Source: Nitrososphaeraceae archaeon (GTDB lineage Archaea; Thermoproteota; Nitrososphaeria; Nitrososphaerales; Nitrososphaeraceae). From it: a stretch of 42,839 bases of DNA. The translations under genes were made by a program, and so were the position numbers. Below are positions 29,315 to 39,313 of the stretch, in pieces (position 1 is the stretch's first letter; the number at the start of each line of letters is the position of its first letter). The notes beneath the pieces were generated by a model. The model did not search any database. It saw only the letters and a list, made by a program, of their open reading frames with translations, and was not told where the DNA came from. The stretch lies in NCBI GenBank assembly GCA_044870765.1, contig JBIOZG010000019.1:1-42839 (forward strand), given 5' to 3'.

Positions 29315-30112
29315 TCATTTTTCCATGAGAAAGACAATATTGACGTTCAAAGATATTCGTTGTTCTCCCGTCAATATTGGAGGTGATGGCGCAAATGCAT
29401 CATTTTTGAGTGATTCGGTAGCATATGGTACTGGTTGGGGAAAGAAGGGTGTCACTTGATCAATACTCACTGTCCTAATTCCTACAATTTTGTATCCCAA
29501 TGTTGAAGCAGTAATATCTGCCTTTTCTTCTGCATTTTCGATAGCATCCTTTATCAATTCATTCTTAACTTCATCAAGTTTTTTATCTGACAGACTAAAA
29601 TAGATGCTATTTACATTATTGGCACCAGATGAAACTGCAATATCAACCCACTCTGATGTGTCATTTACGTTGCTGCTGTCTATCTGTATAGAATTGCTAA
29701 CGGTAAATCCAGTCAATTTGCCTTGGTTTGTATCTACAGAGTAGTTACGATTTGGAGTTATGCTGAATGATGATGTACTTGTTTCGTTTTCCTTTACACC
29801 TACTGTTTTTAGAGCATTGATGATTTTATTCATCAATTCAGAATTTGCGGCTAACGCTGCCTTTGCCTTGGTATTGGTTGTTTCCACACCTAATGACACT
29901 GTAACTCTGTCAGGTTTTATCTGAGTTGAGGCAGAACCTGTAACAAACAATGTTTTGTTATTATCAGGCGAAGATAATTGAGCGTATGCATTGTGCTGAT
30001 TGGTGGCAGATAAGTGGACAAGCAAACCTGATATATATAGCGCAACAAATGCTGCTATTGACAAACTTACTGAAGTATTGTGCATAGTCTTACTTGATTT
30101 AAAAATTACCAT
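29315..30112 (-). CDS. SIMPL domain (DUF541) secreted protein
   Basis: Signal/TM; LFVTGSA...PDRVTVSLGVET, GANNV, AIENA..KA, ILTGEQ. Confidence 0.9.
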   Translation of the reverse strand: MVIFKSSKTMHNTSVSLSIAAFVALYISGLLVHLSATNQHNAYAQLSSPDNNKTLFVTGSASTQIKPDRVTVSLGVETTNTKAKAALAANSELMNKIINALKTVGVKENETSTSSFSITPNRNYSVDTNQGKLTGFTVSNSIQIDSSNVNDTSEWVDIAVSSGANNVNSIYFSLSDKKLDEVKNELIKDAIENAEEKADITASTLGYKIVGIRTVSIDQVTPFFPQPVPYATESLKNDAFAPSPPILTGEQRISLNVNIVFLMEK

Positions 30113-30380
30113 TTAACTACTAAGAGAAACTACATGATAAGTATTTCTTGAAGTAACTTAGTATACCTTAGAATGTCATGAATATTCATTATTGTTACCA
30201 TAATTAAGCTTGGATCCCGCTTTAAACCCGGAATACAATAGATAGAAATAGTATTATTCTAATTCATATCTATACCTGTCCATATACCAATTAGCATTAT
30301 TTTAATAATTTAGAATAGGTTAGCTATCTGGTGAGAAAGTCGGCATAACTTTAATGAAGGGATTGTCTTGTTAATTATTT

Positions 30381-30758
30381 ATGAAATGGTTCGGACACCA
30401 TGAAACTGATAATAAGCCTAAACTTTTGACCTGTAAATATTGTAACACGAAATTCGAGGACAAGGAAAGGTTAAAGAGACATATAAGAGATGCGCACAAT
30501 AAAGAAGGTAGTGCAATATTCGAAAATTTTACTGACAATCTGAATTTATTTCATCAAACAAAATTTGTCTGCGAAATCGATCACTTGAAATTCATGACAT
30601 ACGAGGAATTAATTCTTCACATGAGACAAATTCACCATCATCATATTATAAAATGTCGAGAATGTGGCAAGGAGTTTATTCATGAGAAGGACAGGCTGCA
30701 TCATGTTAGGGAAGAGCATGAAAAGAAGGCTGACTATAGAAAGCACAAGGGTACTTAG
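30381..30758 (+). CDS. C2H2-type zinc finger protein (three fingers)
   Basis: CKYC..F...ERLKRH..DAH; CEIDH..F..YEELILH...IH; CRECGKEF...DRLHH...EH. Confidence 0.85.
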   Translation: MKWFGHHETDNKPKLLTCKYCNTKFEDKERLKRHIRDAHNKEGSAIFENFTDNLNLFHQTKFVCEIDHLKFMTYEELILHMRQIHHHHIIKCRECGKEFIHEKDRLHHVREEHEKKADYRKHKGT

Positions 30759-30933
30759 ATGGGGACTCTTTCTAATAATAAATAATGAGGATTTTCGGTA
30801 AAAATTAATTCTTAGCTGATATCGAAGAATAATGACCCTAAAAATTAAATTCTGATATATTCTTAACAGATGAGTATAAATTTGAATACTTGCTATGCTA
30901 GTTTCAATATTATCAAATGCAACTATATTAGAT

Positions 30934-31911
30934 CTAATTTATTTTGTGAACTATCCCTCTTCCATTAAAAAAGTTTACAATATTATTGGCTGCAACTTCA
31001 GCCATCTTCGATCGGGTCTTAAATGTAGCACTTCCAATATGTGGTAACAATACAGTTTGTGCAAATTGAGTTAATGGATTAGAACTAGAAATAGGTTCAG
31101 TTTCATAGACATCTAAACCAGCACCTGCTATGGCCTTATTTCTTAGGGCGTTAATTAAATGTTGTTCATTTATGACTTGACCCCTTGAGGTATTAATAAT
31201 AAATGCAGTTTTTTTCATTAATTTAATTTTTGATTCGTCTATCATATGAAAACTATCTTTGTTTAGTAATACATGAATAGAAACAAAATCACTACGTCGT
31301 AACAATTCCTCTAGTGGGACAAAAGTAATATCAAGTTCTGATTCCATTTGACGTTTACGCGTTTTACTATAGTAAATTACTTGCATATCAAATCCTCTTG
31401 CACGTTTCGCTACCAGTGTTCCAATTTCACCCAGACCAATAATGCCTAAGGTACTTCCATTTACGTCATACCCAAGAAAGAGATCAGGCGACCATCCAGA
31501 TTCCCAATTACCGATTCTTACATGTCTATCAGCATTGACAATATTTCTAGCAGCAGAAAGAATTAAGGAAAAAGTCAGATCTGCCGTGGTATTAGCTAAT
31601 ACATTTGGGGTGTTTGTTACTATTATTTTTCTTTTTGTGGCTTCATAAATATCAACGTGATCATATCCAACACTATAGCAGCTTATTATCTTAAGATTTG
31701 GACCTGCTGCATCCATGACATTTGAGTCTACTTTATCCCCTAACATGCAGATTAATGCGTCGACATTCTTGACATTTTCTAATAAAGTATCTCTGTCAAG
31801 TATATCCGGTTCAGGATTCATATTAATTTGAAAATACTTTTTTAATATCGATGGTCCAGGTTCCGGTATTTTTCTTGTAACATATACTTTATTTTTGCTA
31901 AATGTTTCCAT
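30934..31911 (-). CDS. gyaR: D-isomer-specific 2-hydroxyacid dehydrogenase (glyoxylate/hydroxypyruvate reductase-like)
   Basis: VGYDHVD, TNTPNVL, GIIGLGEIG, INTSRG, GLDVYETEP, PHIGSAT; start ATG 31911 preferred. Confidence 0.85.
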   Translation of the reverse strand: METFSKNKVYVTRKIPEPGPSILKKYFQINMNPEPDILDRDTLLENVKNVDALICMLGDKVDSNVMDAAGPNLKIISCYSVGYDHVDIYEATKRKIIVTNTPNVLANTTADLTFSLILSAARNIVNADRHVRIGNWESGWSPDLFLGYDVNGSTLGIIGLGEIGTLVAKRARGFDMQVIYYSKTRKRQMESELDITFVPLEELLRRSDFVSIHVLLNKDSFHMIDESKIKLMKKTAFIINTSRGQVINEQHLINALRNKAIAGAGLDVYETEPISSSNPLTQFAQTVLLPHIGSATFKTRSKMAEVAANNIVNFFNGRGIVHKIN

Positions 31912-31966
31912 AAAATAATAGATCACTCCAGTTTGGGTTATTAATACGATATGAAAATTGGATATA

Positions 31967-32917
31967 CTAATATTCCGTCTCATCATTTTTAGTCCTCAAA
32001 ATTTTTGAATATAATATTTTTAAGAAAATAATTCCTATGTAGTATGGCACATTGTAAAAAGCAGCAAGTGCCGCTACCTGGGAACCAAAGAATTGTTGTG
32101 CGAAAACAGTTACAAGTATATTATTTACATAACTGATTGCAATAAGACCTGAAATCTTGTATTTCATCGATGTGCCTCTATTATTAAGATTCATAATGAG
32201 ATATCCAGTAATAGCAAATATTGCAAATAATGCAAAAGCAATAACAGTTGTAGTAGTTACAAAGGTAAATTCCAAATAGAAATAATCTGAAAATTTTGAA
32301 AATATTGCCAAGTTAATCAAAGCCATTAAAATAATTGATAAAGGCAATGAGCTTTTGTTTATACTGGTAGCTATCTTGGGTAAATATTTTTTTATAATGC
32401 CACTCCCTATTAGAGGAACGATTAGGGATATCACCAGTAGTAAGATCATATCAAATACTGGAATTGAAAATTCAGTGTTATATAGAATATATACTAATGC
32501 TGGCAATATAAAGGGGACCACAAGTGATGTGACAATCACCATACCGACTACAATAGAAAGTCTACCTCCTACATAGTTGGTAACAAATGGGGCCCCAAGT
32601 CCTGTTGAAATGCCAGATAATAAAAGTACAGACAGTGCATATTTAGGGTAAATTTGATTAGTAACGAAATACATTGTTACCGGTATTACTAATACTTTCA
32701 TTATACATAAAATAAACAGAAATTTTGGTTTCTTAAAGGTTGAGATGAGATCTTGGAAATTAAGTTGAATGAGATTGAAAAATAATAATAGTCCAAGAAT
32801 TACCAGGATGTATGGGGAAAAAAATTCTCCTAGAGAGGGAAATATAATGCCAGATATTGTAGAGGCAAGGATTGAAAACGAAAGCACCAGTAGGATTTTA
32901 GTGTCATAATTGGTCAA
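31967..32917 (-). CDS. Bile acid:sodium symporter (BASS) family transporter
   Basis: About 10 TM; STGLGAPFVT..VGG..S.VVGMV.VTSL..PF.LP pattern. Confidence 0.8.
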   Translation of the reverse strand: MTNYDTKILLVLSFSILASTISGIIFPSLGEFFSPYILVILGLLLFFNLIQLNFQDLISTFKKPKFLFILCIMKVLVIPVTMYFVTNQIYPKYALSVLLLSGISTGLGAPFVTNYVGGRLSIVVGMVIVTSLVVPFILPALVYILYNTEFSIPVFDMILLLVISLIVPLIGSGIIKKYLPKIATSINKSSLPLSIILMALINLAIFSKFSDYFYLEFTFVTTTTVIAFALFAIFAITGYLIMNLNNRGTSMKYKISGLIAISYVNNILVTVFAQQFFGSQVAALAAFYNVPYYIGIIFLKILYSKILRTKNDETEY

Positions 32918-33125
32918 CTGTAATTATCACTTATTACATTTCCATAAATATTTATCAATAAAATAAAGAAAAATTTGATAGAAATAGACGCTCGTAATTA
33001 TTGCCATATTATCGCATATTTGAATTGCAGTACAATTAAAAGGTAAAAGCTGAAATGGATAACGATAGCTTACTGAATAGTAAATATGGTGAAATTTTAA
33101 ATATTACAGTTTTTTAAGAAATAGA

Positions 33126-33620
33126 GTGAAAAAGAAGGCTATTCTAATAATAAATATTTTGTTACTAATTATGATTACATTGATCCAAATATCTACATTG
33201 AAAGAAACTTTAGGAAGTCAATCTGAAAATAATACATCGATTGTCTCGATTAACGGGTTGGATATCAAATATGCCCTTACTTCTATTCAAAATGATACGA
33301 TTCCAAAATATGTTGAATTGTCAGATAGTCAAATAAAAGAAGCATTGACTGAACTGCCGGGTTGGACAATATTTAATGGTAAGTTGCATAAGACTTTTAT
33401 GTTTAAAGATTTTTCCACTTTATTTGAATTTATGTACGAAGTAGCTGATTCTTCTCAAAAATTGAATCATCATCCAAACATGACATCAACATGGAATACA
33501 TTAACGATTGATTATGATACGTGGAGTTTAGGACATGTAATTTCCAATCTTGATGTCAAGGCAGCTGGGAATGTAGAGAGGTTATATCGTGAACACAATT
33601 ATAACGATTTAAGTAAATAA
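33126..33620 (+). CDS. Pterin-4-alpha-carbinolamine dehydratase-like protein with N-terminal signal/TM
   Basis: LPGW....KLHKTFMFKDF...NHHP.....WN.L.I...T......IS.LD..AA; hydrophobic N-terminus. Confidence 0.85.
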   Translation: MKKKAILIINILLLIMITLIQISTLKETLGSQSENNTSIVSINGLDIKYALTSIQNDTIPKYVELSDSQIKEALTELPGWTIFNGKLHKTFMFKDFSTLFEFMYEVADSSQKLNHHPNMTSTWNTLTIDYDTWSLGHVISNLDVKAAGNVERLYREHNYNDLSK

Positions 33621-33975
33621 TTATTAGCTATAGCATTTAGAAATTTATTCTTGTTACTAGTAAATAGGAATTTTTATTATATCAAACTTGTTAACGAGTA
33701 AATTGAAGAATTAATTTAATTTAATTTAATTCATTCTTGAATACATTTTAGACTATAATGATGTAATAACAATGAATATCAATCAATTACTATGATTAGA
33801 ATTTTAGAAGTGAAGTATAGAATTTGGAGGTGGAAAAATTCAGGTCATCTCTATAATTATAGATTGAATCATAAATCAATAGTAATAATAAATAAATTCA
33901 TTCTATATAGTCTAGTAGTATCTACAAGATTACCTTCGTCAATTCTAATAAGGCAATCCTCTATCTTCTAAGAAC

Positions 33976-34191
33976 ATGTTTAATAAGGAATCTTGCAGAG
34001 GATGTGGCTTTTGTTTGACACCTTTTGCCACGTGCAATATTTGTCAAGAATACGTTTCATGGATTTGCTGCAGATGCGAGAGAATTGATGACTGTATTCA
34101 TGCCCATAACTATTGCAGAATAGTATTAAGGAAAAGGATAGAACCTAATTTATTTAGGACATTTTTGTATGAGGCAATAATCAAAAATTGA
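33976..34191 (+). CDS. Small Cys-rich zinc-finger-like protein
   Basis: CRGC, CNIC, CCRC, HAH in 71 aa. Confidence 0.7.
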   Translation: MFNKESCRGCGFCLTPFATCNICQEYVSWICCRCERIDDCIHAHNYCRIVLRKRIEPNLFRTFLYEAIIKN

Positions 34192-34436
34192 ATTTAACGG
34201 AAGTGGAACAAATAAGAGGGATGAAATTAAGGTCCAGAGATGTTAAATCAAGACAGTCAGCATATTTTATTGAGTATTTAAACCAACCCTTTTGTAATGA
34301 CTTGAGGGATATGATAGAAGTACAAATCGGTTCATGCGAGCAACTACTTGCCACAACAAAGAGTATCGATCAAAGAAACGTTATTGAAAAAGAAGCAATG
34401 ATTTTGAAATTAGTTCTAGAGCTGCTGGAATATTGA
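34188..34436 (+). CDS. Hypothetical helical protein
   Basis: 82-aa ORF with a TTGA 4-nt overlap with the upstream stop. Confidence 0.55.
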   Translation: MNLTEVEQIRGMKLRSRDVKSRQSAYFIEYLNQPFCNDLRDMIEVQIGSCEQLLATTKSIDQRNVIEKEAMILKLVLELLEY

Positions 34437-34507
34437 TGAAAAGATAGAGAAAAAATAGAAATTCACAATATATACAAGGATGATGTGATTAATCTCATGA
34501 GTAATTC

Positions 34508-35020
34508 TTGAAAAAGCATACCAAATTATTATTGATACTTCGTCATGCCAAATCTAGTTGGGAATTTGTAGAATTATCTGATCATGATAGGCCTCTAAAT
34601 AATAGAGGTAAGCGAGATGCACTCAGAATTGGCAAAAAGCTATTGAAAGAAGGGATTGTCCCACAACTAATAATAAGCTCTTCGGCAGTCAGAGCTTCCT
34701 CTACTGCAGTAAAAGTTGCCAAGGCATGTGGCTATCAAGGTGAAATTACAGTTGAGAACTCTCTTTACGGATCAGGATATACAGAATATCTCAATGCAGT
34801 GAAAAAAAAGGATGATAGGTATGATATAATTATGCTAGTTGGACACAATCCACATTCAGAACAATTATTGGAAATATTGACAGGAACGATGAATACAATG
34901 CCTACCTGTACTGTTGCATGTGTAAGGCTTTCAATAGCTTCCTGGAATGAGATAGATCCTCAAGTAAAAGGTGAATTGCTCAACTTATGGCGACCCAAGG
35001 AATTAAGTTCTAATGACTAA
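34508..35020 (+). CDS. sixA: SixA-like histidine phosphatase
   Basis: LRHAKS, DHDRPL..RG, SSSAVRA, LVGHNP. Confidence 0.9.
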   Translation: MKKHTKLLLILRHAKSSWEFVELSDHDRPLNNRGKRDALRIGKKLLKEGIVPQLIISSSAVRASSTAVKVAKACGYQGEITVENSLYGSGYTEYLNAVKKKDDRYDIIMLVGHNPHSEQLLEILTGTMNTMPTCTVACVRLSIASWNEIDPQVKGELLNLWRPKELSSND

Positions 35021-35030
35021 TAACGGTATA

Positions 35031-35546
35031 TCACTTGATATCCTTTTTGTATATATTTCTTAATATTCTGGGTGTTAACAACCACCTGAGCTCACCTTTA
35101 GGTATGTTACTCTTTCTAAGTAGTCTTATTCGCACTACTCCTCCTTTTTTCAAGAGTAAATTACAAGCATTAGATTTTTCGTTATGAATCATGTCATTGA
35201 CCATTTGACCAAGCAGAGGTTGATGTCCAACAATTAGTACATTATATTCCTCACTTAAGTGTGATATTTTGCGATATACTTCGATTCTTTGTCCTTCAGG
35301 AGCTAACTCGTTCCATACCTGAACTTTATTACCAATTTTGAAGATATCAGAAACTATCATTGCCGTATCGTAGGCCCTTTTAAGTGGACTGGTAACGACC
35401 AGATCAAATTTTAATCCAATTATTTTTAGGGCTTTTGCAATTTCATGAATCTCAGCTTTTCCAGCTGAAGTTAAGGGACGAATACGATCACTGGCCATTG
35501 ATGATCTTTGGCCAGCCTCCCCATGTCTCAAGACAAATAATTCCAT
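35031..35546 (-). CDS. sixA: SixA phosphohistidine phosphatase
   Basis: LRHGEA, RPLT..G, TSPLKRA, IVGHQP, LKKGG, LRWLLTP. Confidence 0.92.
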   Translation of the reverse strand: MELFVLRHGEAGQRSSMASDRIRPLTSAGKAEIHEIAKALKIIGLKFDLVVTSPLKRAYDTAMIVSDIFKIGNKVQVWNELAPEGQRIEVYRKISHLSEEYNVLIVGHQPLLGQMVNDMIHNEKSNACNLLLKKGGVVRIRLLRKSNIPKGELRWLLTPRILRNIYKKDIK

Positions 35547-35782
35547 TGATTTTTATCGATCTACCTCCAAATAAATTACTTTCTAGTGGGCATTGTCCCA
35601 ATCCGAACCTAAAGTTCAGTAATGCTAGCTTGGCAATGACTGGGTTCTGAGTTCCTGTTTGTTTGAACCTTTTACTATCTCTATGAGGTACGGCCAGATT
35701 TGATAACGTGTTTTTTGGAGAGGATTCATTATTCATGTTCATATAAGTGGCAAATTTTTCGTTCTAAATTCGCTGTTATAAT

Positions 35783-36520
35783 TCAAACTTTCAAACTTTG
35801 AAGATAATCATCAATCCTTCTTTGAAGATCCTCATTTATCTCGCTTACTGATCTATTACCATCTATAGATACTATGTTATAGCGTTTTTGCATTCGCTTA
35901 AATTCTTTACTTAATAACTTTTGATACATCACAAATGATTCTAGCATATTATCGGATAATCTAAGATCGGTACCTGACTCGTAATAGTCCAGATAAGAAT
36001 TCTTTTTGAATACTCTGTGAACAAGCTCATTTGGATCAACGTCAAGATAAAATACTATATCTGGCCTAAGAGCAAAACCATATAGATTATGGGACCACGA
36101 GCTACTTATTCCACGCACTGCTTCTCTCGCCATCAGAGTATAAATGTACCTATCAGATAGAACTATGTAGCCTGATCTTAATCCGGGGATTATCTTGTTC
36201 TCTAATTGATCCGCAAAATCTGCTGCATAAAATAGGCTAATGGTCTTTCTTCCTAGCACAAAATTTCTCTTGGCTTCTAATATTCCCTGCCCTATTAATT
36301 CCGAGCGTCTTAATCCTGCATTAAGTACTGCATGACCATCTGCTTCAAGTTTTGATGATAACAGTTCAATTTGTGTACTTCTGCCAGAACCATCAGGACC
36401 TTCTATTATGATAAATCTTCCCTTAATTTCAATATCTTCCAGGTAGGGAATAGCATGCCCGTAAAAAACTGCTTTCCTCATCTTCTTACCTCTTAGGGAC
36501 TTTATTGATCTGATATTCAT
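35783..36520 (-). CDS. Thymidylate-kinase-like protein with altered P-loop (probable PPK3 regulatory subunit)
   Basis: EGPDGSGRST (Lys to Arg), LSDRYIYT, DYYESG.D; ATGA overlap with the upstream paralog. Confidence 0.8.
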   Translation of the reverse strand: MNIRSIKSLRGKKMRKAVFYGHAIPYLEDIEIKGRFIIIEGPDGSGRSTQIELLSSKLEADGHAVLNAGLRRSELIGQGILEAKRNFVLGRKTISLFYAADFADQLENKIIPGLRSGYIVLSDRYIYTLMAREAVRGISSSWSHNLYGFALRPDIVFYLDVDPNELVHRVFKKNSYLDYYESGTDLRLSDNMLESFVMYQKLLSKEFKRMQKRYNIVSIDGNRSVSEINEDLQRRIDDYLQSLKV

Positions 36521-37236
36521 ATTCTTGTAACTCTCCTAGTGTTTTTAGTAATATTCAAGGGTAAAAGCTTGCTGACTATTGATCTCAAAAAGCTTTGTGA
36601 TTCCTCAATCTCCATTGTACCATCTACAATAGTGAAGTTTTCTGATATGGATAAAGATTCATATTGATCAATAATTCTACTTTGAAAGATCCTGTAACTC
36701 TCGTAAGGATCATTACTTAAATTTAGGTCCATGCCAGCTTCATAATACTTTAACCTTGGTCTCCCAGCAAGTATTCTATCCACGGCTATATCTATTGGTA
36801 CTTTAAAATAGAACACAATTTCTGGTTTTATTGCAAATTCATAAATTTTCTTGACCCAATTGGGATTGCAACCCCTAACTATATCTCTTGCATAAGCAGT
36901 ATAAACATAGCGATCAGCCAAAACAATATAACCAGCATGTAGGAGCGGCAGAATATTCCTTTCATATCTATCAGCAAAATCAGTAGCATGTAATAGTGAG
37001 AAGGTGATTGGGGTTAATCTGCCGCTTTTCTTCCCCTTTTTCGTGATTTGTTTGACGGTCTCAGACGAATTCCATTCTGTGAAAAATACCGGTATGTTCC
37101 TTGAAATGAGCCATTTCTCCAGTAATCTAAGTTGGGTAGATTTTCCCGATCCATCTATACCCTCAACAACTATAAGCTTACCTTTTAGAGGAATGATTTT
37201 TTCGGTTTTGTTCTTCTTGTATTCCATGAATATCAC
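36517..37236 (-). CDS. Thymidylate-kinase-like protein (probable PPK3 catalytic subunit)
   Basis: EGIDGSGKST, TEWNSS, LADRYVYT, KYYEAGMD; GTGA overlap with the ppx stop. Confidence 0.82.
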   Translation of the reverse strand: MIFMEYKKNKTEKIIPLKGKLIVVEGIDGSGKSTQLRLLEKWLISRNIPVFFTEWNSSETVKQITKKGKKSGRLTPITFSLLHATDFADRYERNILPLLHAGYIVLADRYVYTAYARDIVRGCNPNWVKKIYEFAIKPEIVFYFKVPIDIAVDRILAGRPRLKYYEAGMDLNLSNDPYESYRIFQSRIIDQYESLSISENFTIVDGTMEIEESQSFLRSIVSKLLPLNITKNTRRVTRI

Positions 37237-38783
37237 AGCTGGGATTTTAAGGAGATAATGTTATTCATCGAATTTCTTAATCGGTTAGTTCTATCTGGTA
37301 TATAATACTGTACAGGAATATCAAAAATCCTACCAGCTTTTTCAATAATTTGTTTTAGTAAAATACTAGGAAATGATTTTTGTGTAGGAATTACAGTAAA
37401 AATCACATTCTTATTTTCTGTTAGTCTTATCCTGATCTGAGATCTGGTCTTAAGTATTATTCTAGTTAAGTTGAGAAGCAGTGCTATTTTTTGTAAAGAC
37501 TTCAGATTCTGTGGTTTTAGCAGGTGACTGTACTTATGAAACAGTTCCTCTCCAATTCTTATTTTTTTAGAGTAGATTATTGATAACGCCAAAATAACCT
37601 GTTCTCTATAGGTAAGTTGAGGATAATCTTCGTCCAATAATCGGTAGAAAAGGCTATAGTACTTGTTTGTTGCAGGTATTGTAGACAATGTGTAAAGTGC
37701 GTACGAAAGTATCTCAACTTCTCTCTCCTTTAGTAATCCATAATAAATCATATTATGAACCATATCATCAAGCCCAAAATTTGAAATATCTTGCTTATGA
37801 CAATGATAGGAGAGTAATTTTGCTACCTGTTTTTCTAAGCTCTCAATATTGTGATTTTCAAGTACACTAGGGCTATGAATTAATGAGGCCAAAATTCCTT
37901 CTCGTATCCCATAGCCGCTAATAATTATTTCATCAAAATCAAATTTCTTCATTATACTATGTATTACATAGAGACCTGCAACAATCGTTTCGACTCTAGT
38001 CGAATCAATAGGCCACCTACTAGAAATTTCACTGGGTTTCAAAGTGCTCAGATCCTTTCGAAGAGATTCAATGGTGCTTAGTTTTAACCTGTAATTATGA
38101 ACTTTTTCAAAAGGAAACCCTGCCCGCTTTTGATCAGCTCTTCCCAGAGCCCTTAATGTTCCACCTGCCCCGACCAATGAGGCATCAATCCCAATTCCGT
38201 ACCCCTTTTTTGTGGGTAATGTATCCAGTATCTTTTGAGTCATGTTGTCACACTCTTTCTTTGAGAAAGAACCATCTTGGCTAGCAAATGTTCTAGTGAG
38301 TCGTAACGCCCCTAATGGAAGTGCTTGTGCCTTCTTTACTTTAAAATCTTCAGTGTAAACCAATTCTAAGCTCCCTCCACCTAAGTCAAAGAACAGGCCG
38401 TTCGGAATACAGGTCGCCATTGAAGCGCCCAAATAGGAATAGTAAGCTTCTTCTTCTCCACTAAGTACCCTTACTTTAAAACCAGTTTTCTTTAGAACTT
38501 GATCTATGAAATATTTGCCATTTTTTGATTCTCTAACCGCGCTCGTACCCACACAAACAACCTTATTTGCGGATTCAAGTCTAATAATATCACGATACAA
38601 TAGGAGAACGTCTATACTCTTGAGGATCGATTGCTCACTAAGACTATCCGAAAATGCCAAAGATTCTCCAAGTCTAACCTTTGTACTTTCTTGGTGAATG
38701 CCTATAAATGAATTATCCTCCCTGACATCATAGATTACTAACTTGATTGTGTTAGAACCAATGTCAATTATAGAAATTTTCAA
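37233..38783 (-). CDS. ppx: Ppx/GppA family exopolyphosphatase
   Basis: IIDIGSNT, TSAVRES.NG, SGEEEAYY, DLGGGSLEL, GAGGT, GIREG. Confidence 0.92.
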   Translation of the reverse strand: MKISIIDIGSNTIKLVIYDVREDNSFIGIHQESTKVRLGESLAFSDSLSEQSILKSIDVLLLYRDIIRLESANKVVCVGTSAVRESKNGKYFIDQVLKKTGFKVRVLSGEEEAYYSYLGASMATCIPNGLFFDLGGGSLELVYTEDFKVKKAQALPLGALRLTRTFASQDGSFSKKECDNMTQKILDTLPTKKGYGIGIDASLVGAGGTLRALGRADQKRAGFPFEKVHNYRLKLSTIESLRKDLSTLKPSEISSRWPIDSTRVETIVAGLYVIHSIMKKFDFDEIIISGYGIREGILASLIHSPSVLENHNIESLEKQVAKLLSYHCHKQDISNFGLDDMVHNMIYYGLLKEREVEILSYALYTLSTIPATNKYYSLFYRLLDEDYPQLTYREQVILALSIIYSKKIRIGEELFHKYSHLLKPQNLKSLQKIALLLNLTRIILKTRSQIRIRLTENKNVIFTVIPTQKSFPSILLKQIIEKAGRIFDIPVQYYIPDRTNRLRNSMNNIISLKSQL

Positions 38784-38863
38784 TGATACTCCTTATACGT
38801 ACGTTATGAATATGTATATATTTTTACTATGTGAGTATAGTTTAAGTAGATCCTATAGATTCT

Positions 38864-39313
38864 TTAAAAATCACGTTTTCTTGCCCTGAATAAAAAATAA
38901 ACTAGTATGAACGGTAGCGAAGCAAGGATAAATGATTCTATAGATCCCAATAAAGAGTGGATAGATAATTCAAGACCAAGATATAGAGTTACACCGGCAG
39001 GTATTAGCCCTAAGATGATAAATCTATGACTTCTAGTCTTGAATTTATTAAAACTTCCATATGGATATTGTAAATGGTGATAAACTACCGGCATGACAAA
39101 TAATGAAGCTGCTACAGTTGTGGAATATAGAGCTACAAGAAGAGTTATCTTATCAATTAATACAAAATTTTCGGGCACATTTATGGCCATATTCAATAAA
39201 AATCCAAAGAGGATCCCCGAAAAGGTACTGAGCAGTGCACTCTCTTTTAATATCGTATCATATCGTTGGACAAGCTTATCGTCGACTTCGTGTGAATTAT
39301 CATCACTAGACAT
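38864..39313 (-). CDS. DUF6328-like 4-TM membrane protein
   Basis: ILFGFLL, P..YHH motifs, four hydrophobic segments. Confidence 0.7.
   Translation of the reverse strand: MSSDDNSHEVDDKLVQRYDTILKESALLSTFSGILFGFLLNMAINVPENFVLIDKITLLVALYSTTVAASLFVMPVVYHHLQYPYGSFNKFKTRSHRFIILGLIPAGVTLYLGLELSIHSLLGSIESFILASLPFILVYFLFRARKRDF

Noticed and set aside
35488-35742. 84-aa ORF between the kinase pair and sixA as a CHAD remnant
   Set aside because: No CHAD-like motifs in any frame I read; it overlaps the sixA start out of frame.
35783-37236. Annotation as ordinary tmk duplicates
   Set aside because: Coupling to ppx, the altered P-loop in one copy and TEWNSS/YYE.G.D motifs fit the polyP-associated subfamily better.
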